Source: Candidatus Bathyarchaeia archaeon
GTDB taxonomy: Archaea; Thermoproteota; Bathyarchaeia; Bathyarchaeales; Bathycorpusculaceae
Reading direction: 5' to 3'
Length of the DNA stretch: 64,000 nt
NCBI GenBank assembly: GCA_038883795.1
Contig: JAVZLK010000002.1
Coordinates: 108,491-172,490 of the forward strand
Below the pieces are notes generated by a model that was not told the DNA's origin, did not search any database, and saw only the letters and a list, made by a program, of their open reading frames with translations. How positions within the stretch are numbered: position 1 is the first letter of the stretch; the number at the start of each line of letters is the position of its first letter. Positions 1 to 10,908 of the stretch are shown here, in pieces. Position numbers and translations under genes: made by a program.

Positions 1-536
1 TTTTCAAAATCTCGTTTTATGTCGCCGTAAGTTAATTCGATAAAATCTTCTCTGCTCATGCCTGAATCTTTTAAGCCTCGAATTATCCACCTTTGCTGAA
101 CAGTTGCGACGTTATCTATTTTCTTAAATTCTTCAATCGTTAAAGGTTTAAGACCTTCAATAATGCCTACGCTCGGTGTTCCTATGTCCAATTTTATTCG
201 ACAGTTATATTTGATTAGGCTTTTTACGGTTGCGTGAACGCTTGAGGCTACGTTTTTGGTGAAACCTCTGTTTTTGACAAGCCAATTTACGAATAAGTCA
301 AGTTTAACATCCCAATCTTCTAAGGCTTTGTCTAAATCCGCTTTTGCCTCAGTTTCCCATTTAGCCACCGTTTCATCAGGGTTTAACCCGCTGAATTCAT
401 GCCAAAGCATAAGATTTCGTGAATAAATGCGTTCGGTTCTTTTGCTTCCGCTTTTCTTTGCTGCAAGCCTTTCAAATAATCTTTGAACGGTTTTAAACTG
501 TTTCGCCCACTTTTCATATTTGCTTTCGCTTTCCAT
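1..536 (-). CDS. Tyrosine recombinase/integrase-like protein, N-terminal part (runs off the window edge; not in ORF track)
   Basis: Manual translation from ATG at 536 gives MESESKYEKWAKQFKTVQRLFERLAAKKSGSKRTERIY...IRGLKDSGMSREDFIELTYGDIKRDFE, open to position 1. It has a SAM-like N-domain and a box I-like (S/T)GxxxxE/DxxxLxxxDI motif. Confidence 0.7.
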   Translation of the reverse strand, partial: MESESKYEKWAKQFKTVQRLFERLAAKKSGSKRTERIYSRNLMLWHEFSGLNPDETVAKWETEAKADLDKALEDWDVKLDLFVNWLVKNRGFTKNVASSVHATVKSLIKYNCRIKLDIGTPSVGIIEGLKPLTIEEFKKIDNVATVQQRWIIRGLKDSGMSREDFIELTYGDIKRDFE

Positions 537-779
537 TTTTCCACTTCCTTTAAATTAGACACTTTGCGCTTCCGCCCCTGAAGCCACGTAGTTGCTCACG
601 TCCGTAAGGGCGCTTACGGTTTAAAAAAAAGGCGGGGATATTTTTAAACTTTATTTTATTGGACGTTTTTGTTTATTAAAATATACTTTATGGAACAACA
701 AACTCATGCTTAAGACCGTGGTTTTACCAATAACTTTTTCTGTTTTCTCCCTTATTGTAATGTTTGGGGAAACCTAACA

Positions 780-1868
780 GTGCGTTACGTTCTCTTCAAA
801 GATTATGATGGCACAACCTACGAAATTGAAATGCCATTAACTTCAAAAGTTAACTACGAAACTATCAGAAAAAGCCTTGAAATACCAGATTATGTTGACA
901 AATCAAGTTTCACCATGGAAAGAGGCTTAGTTACCATTTGGGCTGGGCTTAACGCTCACAAAGTAAAAGAATTTTCTCCAACAGTATCTCTTCAAAAACC
1001 CATCAGAGAACCCATACCAACTTTATTCTTTGGCGGGGCAGCAGTTCGCATGCTATCTCCAAGCGCAAACAAACCTTCAAGCCCCTTCTTCCGCGAATTA
1101 AACGACATAGACTTAATTGCTCCCAAAAACCGCGCCCAAGACCTCTACAAATTATTGTTATCCCTTGGCGAAATTTGTGGAACAAGATATTACCATTTCG
1201 CAGCCCGTTCCGACTGCAGATTTAACGCTATGAGGGCTGGAAAACGTTACCGTGTTAGAACCATCGAAAAAATCCTTGAAGATGACTCACTAGAATGTGG
1301 AGTCCTTGACATATTCACAGACGCCGTGGACCTTAGGCATAAAGTTGACGTCCGCGAAGAATTCAACTTTCCAAAAGAAAACTTGTATACAATAGGCATT
1401 GAAAACGTCATCCTCTCCAAATGTCAATTTATCTTTGACGTGCCAGTTTCCGTCCGAAATGAGCTTACCCGCCAGCACATGGAATATCGAGTTCTCAACT
1501 ACCCCCATTATAAAAGTGACCGCCTTTTGATTGGTATAGAAGAGAAGGACATGAAAGACGTATGCGCATTATTCTTTGACCACGAAATTGGCAACCAAAA
1601 AGATAACATAAACCCAGACAAAATGCGCAAAATTCTTGAAAAGGATAAGAAGTTTGCCTTAACTTTCCGGCTCAATCTCGAAAACATATTAAGAAATGAT
1701 GTGGTTCTTCAAGGGATAGGGTTCTCAAAGGCAGATATTACAAAAATTTTCTCCCGCATACAGAAGATCTTAGATGCTATGCCAAAAGTGGAGAAGAAAT
1801 GGAGTAGTCCATGGTGGAACGTTGATGTGGAAACTCCTCAAATAGTTGGGAAAAGCCACATTTCATAG
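780..1868 (+). CDS. Uncharacterized nucleotidyltransferase-fold (Pol beta superfamily) protein
   Basis: FFGGAAV...RELNDIDLI (hG[GS]...DhD) motif and a later LDIFTD; 362 aa. Confidence 0.6.
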   Translation: MRYVLFKDYDGTTYEIEMPLTSKVNYETIRKSLEIPDYVDKSSFTMERGLVTIWAGLNAHKVKEFSPTVSLQKPIREPIPTLFFGGAAVRMLSPSANKPSSPFFRELNDIDLIAPKNRAQDLYKLLLSLGEICGTRYYHFAARSDCRFNAMRAGKRYRVRTIEKILEDDSLECGVLDIFTDAVDLRHKVDVREEFNFPKENLYTIGIENVILSKCQFIFDVPVSVRNELTRQHMEYRVLNYPHYKSDRLLIGIEEKDMKDVCALFFDHEIGNQKDNINPDKMRKILEKDKKFALTFRLNLENILRNDVVLQGIGFSKADITKIFSRIQKILDAMPKVEKKWSSPWWNVDVETPQIVGKSHIS

Positions 1869-1988
1869 AAACAGTTTTCATTAAAACGTAACGGATTCAT
1901 TATCCTTTGATGATTTTAATTGGCAAAACTTTAAATGGAGTTCCCTAATTGTTAAAGGGCGAGAAGAGTTTCGCAAGGAGAATATTGA

Positions 1989-2264
1989 ATGGGTAATGTT
2001 ATAATTTCGTACAAGATATTTCCAACAGACGTGATCGTGGACTTTACTAATTTGAAAAAGAAAATTGAAAAATGCTTGCCCGAATTTGCATCCGTTTATG
2101 GATACGGCGAAGAACCCATAGCCTTTGGCTTAAAAGCCTTAATAGCACACATAAAATTTCCAGAAGACAAAACTGGCATGCTGGATGAATTTGAAAAGAA
2201 ACTTGAAGCAGTGGGTGAAATAAGCCAGGTGCAAACGATTATGGTGCGTAGGGTGAGCAGATAA
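1989..2264 (+). CDS. ef1b: Translation elongation factor aEF-1beta
   Basis: KIFPTD...EEPIAFGLKAL motif; 91 aa; GGAG SD upstream. Confidence 0.93.
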   Translation: MGNVIISYKIFPTDVIVDFTNLKKKIEKCLPEFASVYGYGEEPIAFGLKALIAHIKFPEDKTGMLDEFEKKLEAVGEISQVQTIMVRRVSR

Positions 2265-2349
2265 CCTTAAACGATTGTTTTAAACATTTATATAGGAATG
2301 AATCTTTGCTTTGAAACATATTACGATGCAAATAACGGAGGAATTCTAA

Positions 2350-4521
2350 TTGAGTGAAGTGCAATTGCGGGTTGGCGATGCAAAACAAAGGGATGTGGGA
2401 AGGGGAATAGCCCGCATAGACCAAAGAACAATGGAAAAATTGGGCATTTCAGCAGGCGACGTTATAGAAATAGTGGGTAAAAGGTCAACTTCAGCCATAG
2501 CTTGGCCAGCCTACAGCGAAGACCAAAACCGAGACATCATAAGAATAGATGGCTTCACTCGCAAAAATGCTGGAGTAGCCATAAACGAATACGTAATCGC
2601 AAGACCAGCCAAAGTCAAAAACGCCATAAGCATAACGTTGGCGCCTGTGGATATGCGATTGAACGTTGACGAAGACTTCACAAACTTTGTCAAAAACCGC
2701 CTCATGGAAAGAACTCTCGTGGAAGGCGACACCACACTGGTTATGATGCTTGGTCATGCTATACCCTTCACGGTCTCAAAGACCCGTCCCCACGGCATAG
2801 TTAAGGTTACCCCAGAAACAAGACTAACAATCTTGAATGAACCAGCCCCAGAAGGGCGAGGGCTTCCAAGAACAACATATGAAGACATTGGCGGACTGCA
2901 AGAGGAAATCCAAAGAGTACGCGAAATGGTTGAGCTTCCATTGAGGCATCCTGAACTTTTCCAAAGGCTTGGAATAGAACCACCAAAAGGCGTATTGCTT
3001 CATGGACCGCCTGGGTGCGGTAAGACTTTGCTGGCTAGGGCTGTTGCTAACGAGTCTGAAGCGAATTTCTTCTCCATAAACGGACCTGAAATAATGAGCA
3101 AATTTTATGGCGAATCCGAAGCCAGACTTAGAGAAATCTTCCAGCAAGCCCAACAGAATGCTCCAAGCATAATATTCATTGACGAGTTGGATGCCATAGC
3201 GCCAAAAAGGGAAGAAGTCACCGGCGAGGTTGAAAGGCGTGTTGTTGCACAACTTCTTGCCTTAATGGATGGTCTATCTGGGAGAGGAAACGTCATAGTT
3301 ATTGGCGCCACAAACAGACCTGGCGCCCTTGACCCAGCCCTTCGTAGGCCAGGACGATTTGACAGAGAAATCGAAATAGGCGTTCCAGATAAGCGGGGAA
3401 GATACGAAATCCTACAAATTCATACTCGTGGAATGCCCTTAGCTGAGGATGTTGACTTAAAGAAGCTTTCTGAAATAACTCACGGTTATACGGGCGCAGA
3501 TTTGGCGGCTCTCTGCAGAGAAACAGCCATGAAAGCCCTCCGCCGATATTTGCCCCAAATAAACCTTGAAGAGGAGCGCATACCGCCAAGCGTTTTGGAG
3601 AAGATGGAAGTGAAAATGGAAGACTTCATAAATGCCTACAAAGAAGTGACGCCCACGGCCATGCGCGAGGTCTATATAGAAGTGCCAACAATTCATTGGG
3701 ACGACATCGGCGGACTCGACGAAGTCAAACAGGAACTTAAGGAAGCGGTGGAATGGCCGCTGAAAAATCCTGAAATTTTCAAGAGGCTTGGAATAAAACC
3801 TCCAAAGGGCATACTTCTTTATGGACCGCCTGGGTGCGGTAAGACTTTGTTGGCGAGGGCTGTGGCGACAGAAAGCGAAGCCAACTTTATAACAATTAAG
3901 GGTCCTGAAGTTTTTTCAAAATGGGTCGGCGAATCCGAGAAAGCCATAAGGGAAGTTTTCAGAAAAGCCAGAATGGCAGCGCCAGCCGTAATATTCTTTG
4001 ATGAGATGGATTCCCTTGTGCCCCGGAGAGGCTTAGGCTTTGCAGACAGTGGCGTAACAGAGCGAGTCATCAGTCAACTCTTAACTGAAATGGATGGAAT
4101 CCTAACTTTAGAGGACGTTGTTGTTATAGCGGCTACGAACAGACCTGACATTATTGACCCTGCAGTGCTTCGACCTGGAAGATTTGATAGGCTGATATAT
4201 GTGCCAGAACCAGATGAGAAAACTCGGCTTCAAATATTCAAAATTCACACAAGAAATATGCCATTAGCCAAAGACGTAAGCTTGGAGCAGCTGGCTGCCA
4301 TAACCAAGAATTATTCTGGTGCAGACATAGAAGCCCTCTGCAGAGAAGCAGCCATGCACGCCTTACGGAGAGATGTGAACGCTAAAGAGGTTACATTGGC
4401 CGATTTTCAAGAGGCAATGAAAAAGATTGGGCCTTCAATAACGCCTGACATGGAAAAATGGTATAAAGGCTTCATGCAGCAGGTGAGGCAAGTTCAAAAA
4501 CCAGCAACACCAGTGGCTTAG
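2350..4521 (+). CDS. cdc48: CDC48/VCP family AAA+ ATPase
   Basis: N-domain [10 protein letters not shown]; two AAA modules with GPPGCGKT Walker A, IDE/FDE Walker B and RPGRFDR. Confidence 0.97.
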   Translation: MSEVQLRVGDAKQRDVGRGIARIDQRTMEKLGISAGDVIEIVGKRSTSAIAWPAYSEDQNRDIIRIDGFTRKNAGVAINEYVIARPAKVKNAISITLAPVDMRLNVDEDFTNFVKNRLMERTLVEGDTTLVMMLGHAIPFTVSKTRPHGIVKVTPETRLTILNEPAPEGRGLPRTTYEDIGGLQEEIQRVREMVELPLRHPELFQRLGIEPPKGVLLHGPPGCGKTLLARAVANESEANFFSINGPEIMSKFYGESEARLREIFQQAQQNAPSIIFIDELDAIAPKREEVTGEVERRVVAQLLALMDGLSGRGNVIVIGATNRPGALDPALRRPGRFDREIEIGVPDKRGRYEILQIHTRGMPLAEDVDLKKLSEITHGYTGADLAALCRETAMKALRRYLPQINLEEERIPPSVLEKMEVKMEDFINAYKEVTPTAMREVYIEVPTIHWDDIGGLDEVKQELKEAVEWPLKNPEIFKRLGIKPPKGILLYGPPGCGKTLLARAVATESEANFITIKGPEVFSKWVGESEKAIREVFRKARMAAPAVIFFDEMDSLVPRRGLGFADSGVTERVISQLLTEMDGILTLEDVVVIAATNRPDIIDPAVLRPGRFDRLIYVPEPDEKTRLQIFKIHTRNMPLAKDVSLEQLAAITKNYSGADIEALCREAAMHALRRDVNAKEVTLADFQEAMKKIGPSITPDMEKWYKGFMQQVRQVQKPATPVA

Positions 4522-4533
4522 GAGTGCGTAATT

Positions 4534-4761
4534 TTGCCAGTCAAAACTTGGAAGACGCATCCAGCCTACTACGTTCTATTAGAAGTCTTAAAAAAGAAGG
4601 GCGCCATGACGGATACTGAGCTCTTTGAAGTTTTAAGCGAGGAGTTTAAGGATTTAGGCTTCAAGGATTTCAACGAGTTTCTTATGAGGTTGGAGGTTGC
4701 TGGAAAAATACGAACAACCTCTATGGTTCGTGGAAAAAGAAGAGTTGAACTTATAACATAA
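4534..4761 (+). CDS. Small winged-helix protein downstream of cdc48
   Basis: 75 aa with helix-helix-helix-wing pattern (FNEFLMRLEVAGKIRTT...RRVEL); GGAG SD. Confidence 0.65.
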   Translation: MPVKTWKTHPAYYVLLEVLKKKGAMTDTELFEVLSEEFKDLGFKDFNEFLMRLEVAGKIRTTSMVRGKRRVELIT

Positions 4762-4792
4762 GCATTTAACTTCAAACTTTTTATGTGTAATC

Positions 4793-6025
4793 ATGGAAAA
4801 CCTTTCAGATGCCATAGTCATTGGAGGCGGACCCTGCGGTTCCTTTACAGCCCTAAACCTTGCGAAGCTTAAAGTTAAGGTAAGAGTTTTTGAAGAACAC
4901 GCCCAAATTGGCTTTCCAGCGCATTGTCCAGGACATGTGGCAATTAACGGTTTGAAACGTTTAGGCTTATATCCACTTCCGGAAGGCATTGTTGAGAACA
5001 CTTTTTGTGGAGTTATCTTTCACTCGCCGAAAGGCAGCGAATTTTCTGTCCGCTTTTCTTCACCCATAACGTGCGTTGTTAACCGTTCCCTTTTTGACAA
5101 TTATATTGCAGAAATGGCGAAAAATAAAGGAGTTTTTTATCATCTAAATTCTCGTGTTGAATCCTTAATCTTTGAAGACGGTTTTGTAAAAGGAGTAAGC
5201 GTAAACCAGAATGGAAAAGTCGAAAAATTTTTCGCTAAAATTGTGGTGGATGCTGAAGGAATTTCTTCAAAAATTCTGCGACAAGTCAACTTCTCACCCA
5301 AATATGGGCGTATGTTCGTTCATGGCGTACACGCAGAAGTTGAAAACGTTGAAAATGTGGAACAAGACAGCGTAGAAGTCTTTCTCGGCAAAGATTATGC
5401 GCCTGGTTTCTATGCATGGTTAATTCCAAAAGGCGAAGACAAAGCAAAAGTTGGGTTAGCCGCAAAGCGTGGAAATCCGAAAGATTTTCTGCAATGTTTC
5501 ATGCTTAAACATCCAGTAGCCTCAAAAAAATTGCGTAAAGCGAAAATTTTGCATATGGCTTTTCATCCCATATCCCTTGGCGGACCAATCTCAAAAACTT
5601 ATTCGAATGGTTTTTTGGCTGTTGGCGATGCAGCTTCTCAAGTTAAGCCGACAACTGGCGGCGGCGTAATTTTTGGGCTTTCATGTGCAAGGATTGCTGC
5701 TGAGGTTGCATATGAAGCCTTGCAGAGAAATGATTTTTCTTCAAAATTTCTAAGTGTATACGCCCAGCGCTGTAAAGAAAATTTTGGTTTTGACATGAAG
5801 GTTATGCTTAAAGTTAGGAAGATACTTAACGGTTTGTCTGACGAGAAACTTGACGAAGCTATCAGTTTATGTGAAAGGCTGAATTTAAACAAGACTTTAA
5901 ATAAAATTGAAGAAATAGACTTTCAAGGGAAAACCCTTTTGAAACTTCTGCCGAATCCGAGGGTTTTGCCAATTATCCTTCGTTTCGTTTTTCTTTATAT
6001 CTCTGCAACTTTTATGGAGCAGTAG
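4793..6025 (+). CDS. Geranylgeranyl reductase family FAD-dependent oxidoreductase
   Basis: IGGGPCG Rossmann motif; APGFYAWLIP; VGDAASQVKPTTGGGV. Confidence 0.88.
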   Translation: MENLSDAIVIGGGPCGSFTALNLAKLKVKVRVFEEHAQIGFPAHCPGHVAINGLKRLGLYPLPEGIVENTFCGVIFHSPKGSEFSVRFSSPITCVVNRSLFDNYIAEMAKNKGVFYHLNSRVESLIFEDGFVKGVSVNQNGKVEKFFAKIVVDAEGISSKILRQVNFSPKYGRMFVHGVHAEVENVENVEQDSVEVFLGKDYAPGFYAWLIPKGEDKAKVGLAAKRGNPKDFLQCFMLKHPVASKKLRKAKILHMAFHPISLGGPISKTYSNGFLAVGDAASQVKPTTGGGVIFGLSCARIAAEVAYEALQRNDFSSKFLSVYAQRCKENFGFDMKVMLKVRKILNGLSDEKLDEAISLCERLNLNKTLNKIEEIDFQGKTLLKLLPNPRVLPIILRFVFLYISATFMEQ

Positions 6026-6048
6026 ATAAATAGGTTGTTAAAGGAGTA

Positions 6049-6995
6049 CTATGCATACTTATTTAGCCATTGAGCCAAAACATTTTCTAAATCGTTAACT
6101 ATGTTAATCGTATTCTCTAATCTTATTGCATTGAAGGGAGTAGCAAACGATTCAAGAACTTCGAATGCTAAATGTTGCAATTTTTGAAAGGATGTTTGGT
6201 TTAGTTCCTTAAAAGCAGCTAATGGCTTAGAATAGTTAGCAGATGACTCTGCTTCTGCTATTAAATTTTCTAGGACAGACCTTACGGTAGGTCCTCCCTG
6301 GCATGATTTCCACTGAATAAAGGTATAACACATAAATCTATCAATTATATAAAGTGGTTTCCTATACCCGCTAAGTTCTGGGTTTAGGGCATCAACCCTT
6401 TTAGACCATGATAATATGCATACTCCATTTCATTGAAAAAACCTTTAATCAAAGCTTTAATATTAAATTCGTTAGGTTCGGTTTCTCGGAGTCCATGTCG
6501 ATATGTCAATAAGAGAAATGAAATGCTGGTAGCTCTATCGATGCCGAACTTAAATAGACTTAAGGCGTAACCGGTGCCTTCTAGATTTTTCTGTAAGCTA
6601 GACTGCAATAAATTGTAATAATATGCATTCCCTACAGCTGAGGCTATGAGAGTAACAAGTACAGCAACCAAGAAAATGTTTCTAGTTTTCTTCGTTTTCC
6701 ATTTGGAGGGTGAAATTGGCAAATGTGGATGTTCTTCCACTCCACTCATTAGATTTACTGCAGCAATTCCTATGCTGGAGAGTTCGTATTTGCCGTTTTC
6801 TGAATGCCTAATCAATTCACCCAAGTTTTCAATGTGATAACTCAGATGCCCACTGTCAATGGAAAGGATGTTCAAAATTTCTGAGAAACTCATTTGCTTG
6901 CCCACTAACATTCTAAGTATCTTTCTTCGTATAGGATGTTTGAGTGACCTAAAAATCAAAGAATATGTTTCTTCCTCCATTTTTTCCGCACACAT
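6049..6995 (-). pseudogene. Membrane-anchored ArsR-type winged-helix regulator interrupted by a -1 frameshift near 6390 (pseudogene or sequencing error)
   Basis: ORF 6384-6995 has LKHPIRRKIL...LSYHIENL HTH plus one TM helix. The -1 frame continues ALNPELSGYRKPLYIIDRF directly into ORF 6049-6333. Confidence 0.65.
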
Positions 6996-7199
6996 TGTTT
7001 CCTTTCCTCATTTTTTATGAGTTTAAATGGAAAGAAAAGGGTTTTTATGAAGAAAACTTTACAAAAAACTGTAAAGAAAACTTCACTTAAAATGGTAAGA
7101 CTCCTTGCTACTCCATGGTAGATACCAAAGTTAAATCTAAACATCTGCAAATCCTTAAAATCCTCGAGCGACAAAATGGAGTAAGCGGTTGAAAGTGGC

Positions 7200-7562
7200 A
7201 TGTCGGAATTTCGTTATAAGCAAGTGCTTGTCTTTCGTTCAGATTTAAAATTAAGCAAAGGTAAGATTGCTGCTCAAGCTGGGCATGGCGCTGTTTCTGC
7301 TGCTGAAGAGGCTCGCAAAAATCAAAAAGCTTGGTGGAGCGCTTGGATGGATGAGGGGCAATGCAAAATTGTTGTTAAAGTTAAAGGTGAAAAGGAAATT
7401 TTGGAGTTAGAAAAAGAGGCGAAGACTTTGGCTTTGCCATGCGCACTAATCATAGATAGGGGCTTAACAGAAGTTCCGCCTGGAACCATAACCTGTTTGG
7501 GTATTGGTCCTGCGCCATCCGAAATTATCGATAAACTGACTGGGAAGCTTCCTCTTCTTTAA
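7200..7562 (+). CDS. pth2: Peptidyl-tRNA hydrolase Pth2
   Basis: KQVLVFRSDLKLSKGKIAAQAGH; DRGLTEVPPGTITCLGIGP. Confidence 0.96.
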   Translation: MSEFRYKQVLVFRSDLKLSKGKIAAQAGHGAVSAAEEARKNQKAWWSAWMDEGQCKIVVKVKGEKEILELEKEAKTLALPCALIIDRGLTEVPPGTITCLGIGPAPSEIIDKLTGKLPLL

Positions 7563-7576
7563 GGAAGGCGAAAGGT

Positions 7577-8953
7577 TTGTTTGTTCCTAACCTTGAGAAA
7601 CTTATGGGCATGGAAGTTTATGCCACAAGTTCTTTAGGTATTGGTGGAGCTATTAGGCATTGTGTTGATGATTTTATTGTTGAGGAAATCCTTGTTGACG
7701 GTTCTAGAGCGGAAGTAAAATGTTCTGGTATGCCCAAAGCGTTAGGTTCTTCGGCAGAGAGGAAACGTTATCTTTTATGTGTTTTGGTCAAACGAAATTG
7801 GGACACTTTTTTAGCCATAAAAACCATAGCCAAGCAACTCGGCCTAAGCCCAAACAATATTCATTTTGCTGGCATAAAAGATGCTAAAGCGGTTACCGCC
7901 CAATTCATTACGGTTGATGGTGTTTCAGCCTATGAAATTCGAAAGACTAAAGTTAAAGATATAAAAATCCATCCAGTAGGCTATCTTCGCCACAAGCTTT
8001 CCACATACTATCTCTTTGGAAATAATTTCAACATAACCATTAGAGCCATAAGCCACTCCAAATCATCCATCAAAAAGCGTATAGAAAAGACCATCGGAGA
8101 ACTTGAGACTATTGGTGGGATTCCAAATTTTTTCGGCCACCAACGTTTCGGCACAGTTCGCCCTATAACGCATACTATTGGAAAAGCCCTCGTCAAAGGA
8201 AACTTCAAAAAGGCCGTGATGCTTTTCTTGGCTAAACCAAGCCCTTACGAGCATTCAGAATCCAGAAAAGCTCGAGAACTGCTGCAAAAGACACAAGATT
8301 TTAATCAAGCATTGAAAAGCTTTCCAAAACAGTTGCATTATGAACGTTTAATGCTTGAGCATCTGGCACGAAAACCGCAAGATTTTTTGGGAGCCTTTAA
8401 ACGTTTGCCCATCAAGCTTCGAGAGCTTTTTCCTCAAGCTTATCAAGCCTACCTTTTCAACAAATTCCTAAGCAAAAGAATTCTAGAAGGGCTTTCGTTA
8501 AATAAGGCTGAAGTGGGTGATTATGTTGTTAGTGTGCAGCGTTCTGGATTGCCATTATTAACAATGTATAAAGTTGTGAAGGCTGAAACTTGTGCAGAAA
8601 TTAATGAGGCAATGAAGGCTGGAAAAATGCAGTTAGCTCTTCCTCTAATAGGTTTTAAACAGAAGTCTTCACAGGGTGTTCAAGGAGAAATTGAAAAACA
8701 AATTTTAGAGGAGGAAGGCATAACTTTTGAAAATTTTAAAATCAGTTTAATGCCAGAGGTAAGCTCGAAAGGTGAACTGCGAACCGCTTTAACTCCGCTA
8801 AACAATTTTCAACTAAAAGAAGTTTCCGCTGATGCAGCTAATCCATCCAAAAACATGGCAAAAATAAGCTTTGCGTTGCATCGGGGTTCGTATGCAACCG
8901 TACTCTTAAGAGAGATTATGAAACCACGTAATCTGTTAAAGGCTGGATTTTAA
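7577..8953 (+). CDS. truD: tRNA pseudouridine(13) synthase TruD/Pus7
   Basis: DFIVEE, FAGIKDAKAVTAQ, PNFFGHQRFG, GSYATVLLRE motifs. Confidence 0.95.
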   Translation: MFVPNLEKLMGMEVYATSSLGIGGAIRHCVDDFIVEEILVDGSRAEVKCSGMPKALGSSAERKRYLLCVLVKRNWDTFLAIKTIAKQLGLSPNNIHFAGIKDAKAVTAQFITVDGVSAYEIRKTKVKDIKIHPVGYLRHKLSTYYLFGNNFNITIRAISHSKSSIKKRIEKTIGELETIGGIPNFFGHQRFGTVRPITHTIGKALVKGNFKKAVMLFLAKPSPYEHSESRKARELLQKTQDFNQALKSFPKQLHYERLMLEHLARKPQDFLGAFKRLPIKLRELFPQAYQAYLFNKFLSKRILEGLSLNKAEVGDYVVSVQRSGLPLLTMYKVVKAETCAEINEAMKAGKMQLALPLIGFKQKSSQGVQGEIEKQILEEEGITFENFKISLMPEVSSKGELRTALTPLNNFQLKEVSADAANPSKNMAKISFALHRGSYATVLLREIMKPRNLLKAGF

Positions 8954-9705
8954 AATAGTATGGAGAGGCATGTTAAGGCACCTTCTCCCTTGCGAAATTC
9001 AGACATCTCCAATTCAATCACAGAAAATCCCGCCGCTTCTACCATTTTCTTAGTTTTAGGATAGCCCTTCGCCATCAAAACTGTCCCATTTATGGCAAGA
9101 CAATCCGCAGCATACTCCTCGTCTTTCGGGACAACAATTTTCTCATAATCTCGCATTATGTCCAAATCAAAGTATCCCTTCGAGAGGACGACATAATTGT
9201 TTCCAAGATAGGTACAAGCAGACTTTAAGTGAAGCACGTTTCGAACTTTCACTGGAACCACCTCTACATCACTTCCGTTCAAAATTTTCCTAAGTTGATG
9301 TATCGCTTGGAGGTTGGTTCTTTGGGAAAGTCCAACAAAAATCTTGTCTTCGATTTTTAGGGCGTCCCCGCCGTCGATGGTGGCTGGAGGCTTGATGTAG
9401 TAGGTTTCCTTTAGTTTTTCCAATACTTTGGCGACTTCAATCACTTCTGGTTTTCGGGATTTTATTTTCATGTTGCATATTATCGCCTTCTCTCTGATTA
9501 TTATCGCTGTATCTTCGACAAAACAACTGTCAGGAAGCGTATCATCGCCTTTCACCCAAACGAGTTTCAAACCGAGCCTTTCTAAAGTTTTGCAGTATTC
9601 TGCGTGTTGCTTTTTTGCAAGTGCCACATCTATTCTTTCGACATTTGTCCTAACACATTGGTCATAAGAATTTGGTACTGGTCTTACTATAGCGTACTTA
9701 ACCAT
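8950..9705 (-). CDS. Dimethylarginine dimethylaminohydrolase / amidinotransferase family
   Basis: PDSCFVED, DGGD, LHLKS, GALTCLS (Cys-His-Asp/Glu triad). Confidence 0.88.
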   Translation of the reverse strand: MVKYAIVRPVPNSYDQCVRTNVERIDVALAKKQHAEYCKTLERLGLKLVWVKGDDTLPDSCFVEDTAIIIREKAIICNMKIKSRKPEVIEVAKVLEKLKETYYIKPPATIDGGDALKIEDKIFVGLSQRTNLQAIHQLRKILNGSDVEVVPVKVRNVLHLKSACTYLGNNYVVLSKGYFDLDIMRDYEKIVVPKDEEYAADCLAINGTVLMAKGYPKTKKMVEAAGFSVIELEMSEFRKGEGALTCLSILF

Positions 9706-9720
9706 AAGCTCACACTAGGT

Positions 9721-10893
9721 TCATTTAATTGCCTTTTCTGCATTTTCAATTAACGTTTGTTTCTTATCAAGTGGTACCGTTACGTTTGCGGCATATTGAT
9801 GTCCATCAGCAACGCCAAAACCCTCTGAAGCCTTGTCCAAAAGGTTTACTGCGCCTGGAAGCTTTCCATTATCGATTAAAGATTGCAAGGTTTTTGGCAC
9901 TCGAACCGAAGCTTTAACAAACTTTTCCTTCAGCGTTCCCCATCCTGGAATCTCTGATGGAACATTTACAAAACCAAAAATGTATTTGTTGGGTTTTACT
10001 AGGCGTGTTTGGTAAGCCAAGAAAGAACAGAATTGTCCAATAACTTTTGTGCCCATGCCAGCATACATGTCTCCAGCATCAAACCACTGAATGTGATCTG
10101 TTTCCTTCAACCTTTCACGGTAAAGCCTTCCCAAAAGGTGACGGTTAGCCTCCTTACGCTTATTCTCTAACGCATTGATCTTTTCTTCAACTTCTTTGCT
10201 TAATCCTTCTAAGCAAGCGTTTACGCCAATTTCTGGACCCCCCTCATAATATCCTACAGCGCCCAAAATCTGAAGCTTGGCGAAAAGGGAGTCCAAGCGA
10301 GTTTTAAATTTGGTTATCTCGTAGCTTTTGCCCTTCTGCTGAATAATTCCATTTTTACATGCTTCTTCCAATACCATCTTATTTATTCCCATAAAGCCTT
10401 CTGGAATTTCGCAACTTCCAACCAGAGCCAAATAACCTAAATCCACATTTGTTTGGTTTAATGTTTTTGTGAATAAGTAGCAGCATGTTGCTCCAGAAAA
10501 GTCCGTTTCGCCCCTAAATCCATAGTTTTCAAGGTTTAAATCAAAAACTTGTGGGTCTGTGGCTGGTTTTGGGTCGTGATGGTCCAATATTATTGTTAGG
10601 TTTTTGCCCTTATTGTATTCGGATATCATGTCTGCGTGGGATGAGCCAATATCCACATAAAAAATTGTTTGACCCGTTTTTGAGTGTAAGTCTTCGATGA
10701 CTTCTATGTAGACCTTTTCTAGGCAGAATGTTTTTGGCTTTATTTCTTCGCGTTCTAAAGCCTTTTTTGTTATTGCTGCTGAGCATAAACCGTCAGCGTC
10801 GTCATGATGGACTATTATGGCTTCTCGCGGCTTTTTAGCCCTCAACTCCTCAATCGCTTGTTTTGCTTTTTTTTCAAAATCTTGAAGTTGCAT
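9721..10893 (-). CDS. DHH-family phosphoesterase (RecJ-like)
   Basis: HHDDADG, VDIGS, ILDHH and C-terminal DGHQYAA (DHHA1-like). Confidence 0.85.
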   Translation of the reverse strand: MQLQDFEKKAKQAIEELRAKKPREAIIVHHDDADGLCSAAITKKALEREEIKPKTFCLEKVYIEVIEDLHSKTGQTIFYVDIGSSHADMISEYNKGKNLTIILDHHDPKPATDPQVFDLNLENYGFRGETDFSGATCCYLFTKTLNQTNVDLGYLALVGSCEIPEGFMGINKMVLEEACKNGIIQQKGKSYEITKFKTRLDSLFAKLQILGAVGYYEGGPEIGVNACLEGLSKEVEEKINALENKRKEANRHLLGRLYRERLKETDHIQWFDAGDMYAGMGTKVIGQFCSFLAYQTRLVKPNKYIFGFVNVPSEIPGWGTLKEKFVKASVRVPKTLQSLIDNGKLPGAVNLLDKASEGFGVADGHQYAANVTVPLDKKQTLIENAEKAIK

Positions 10894-10908
10894 GAGTAAC
10901 GCCTCTTT

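Noticed and set aside
2990-3865. Repeated ATGGACCGCCTGGGTGCGGTAAGACTTTG at about 3002 and 3821
   Set aside because: These are the two Walker A motifs of CDC48 D1/D2, not a mobile or regulatory repeat, although the nucleotide identity is high.
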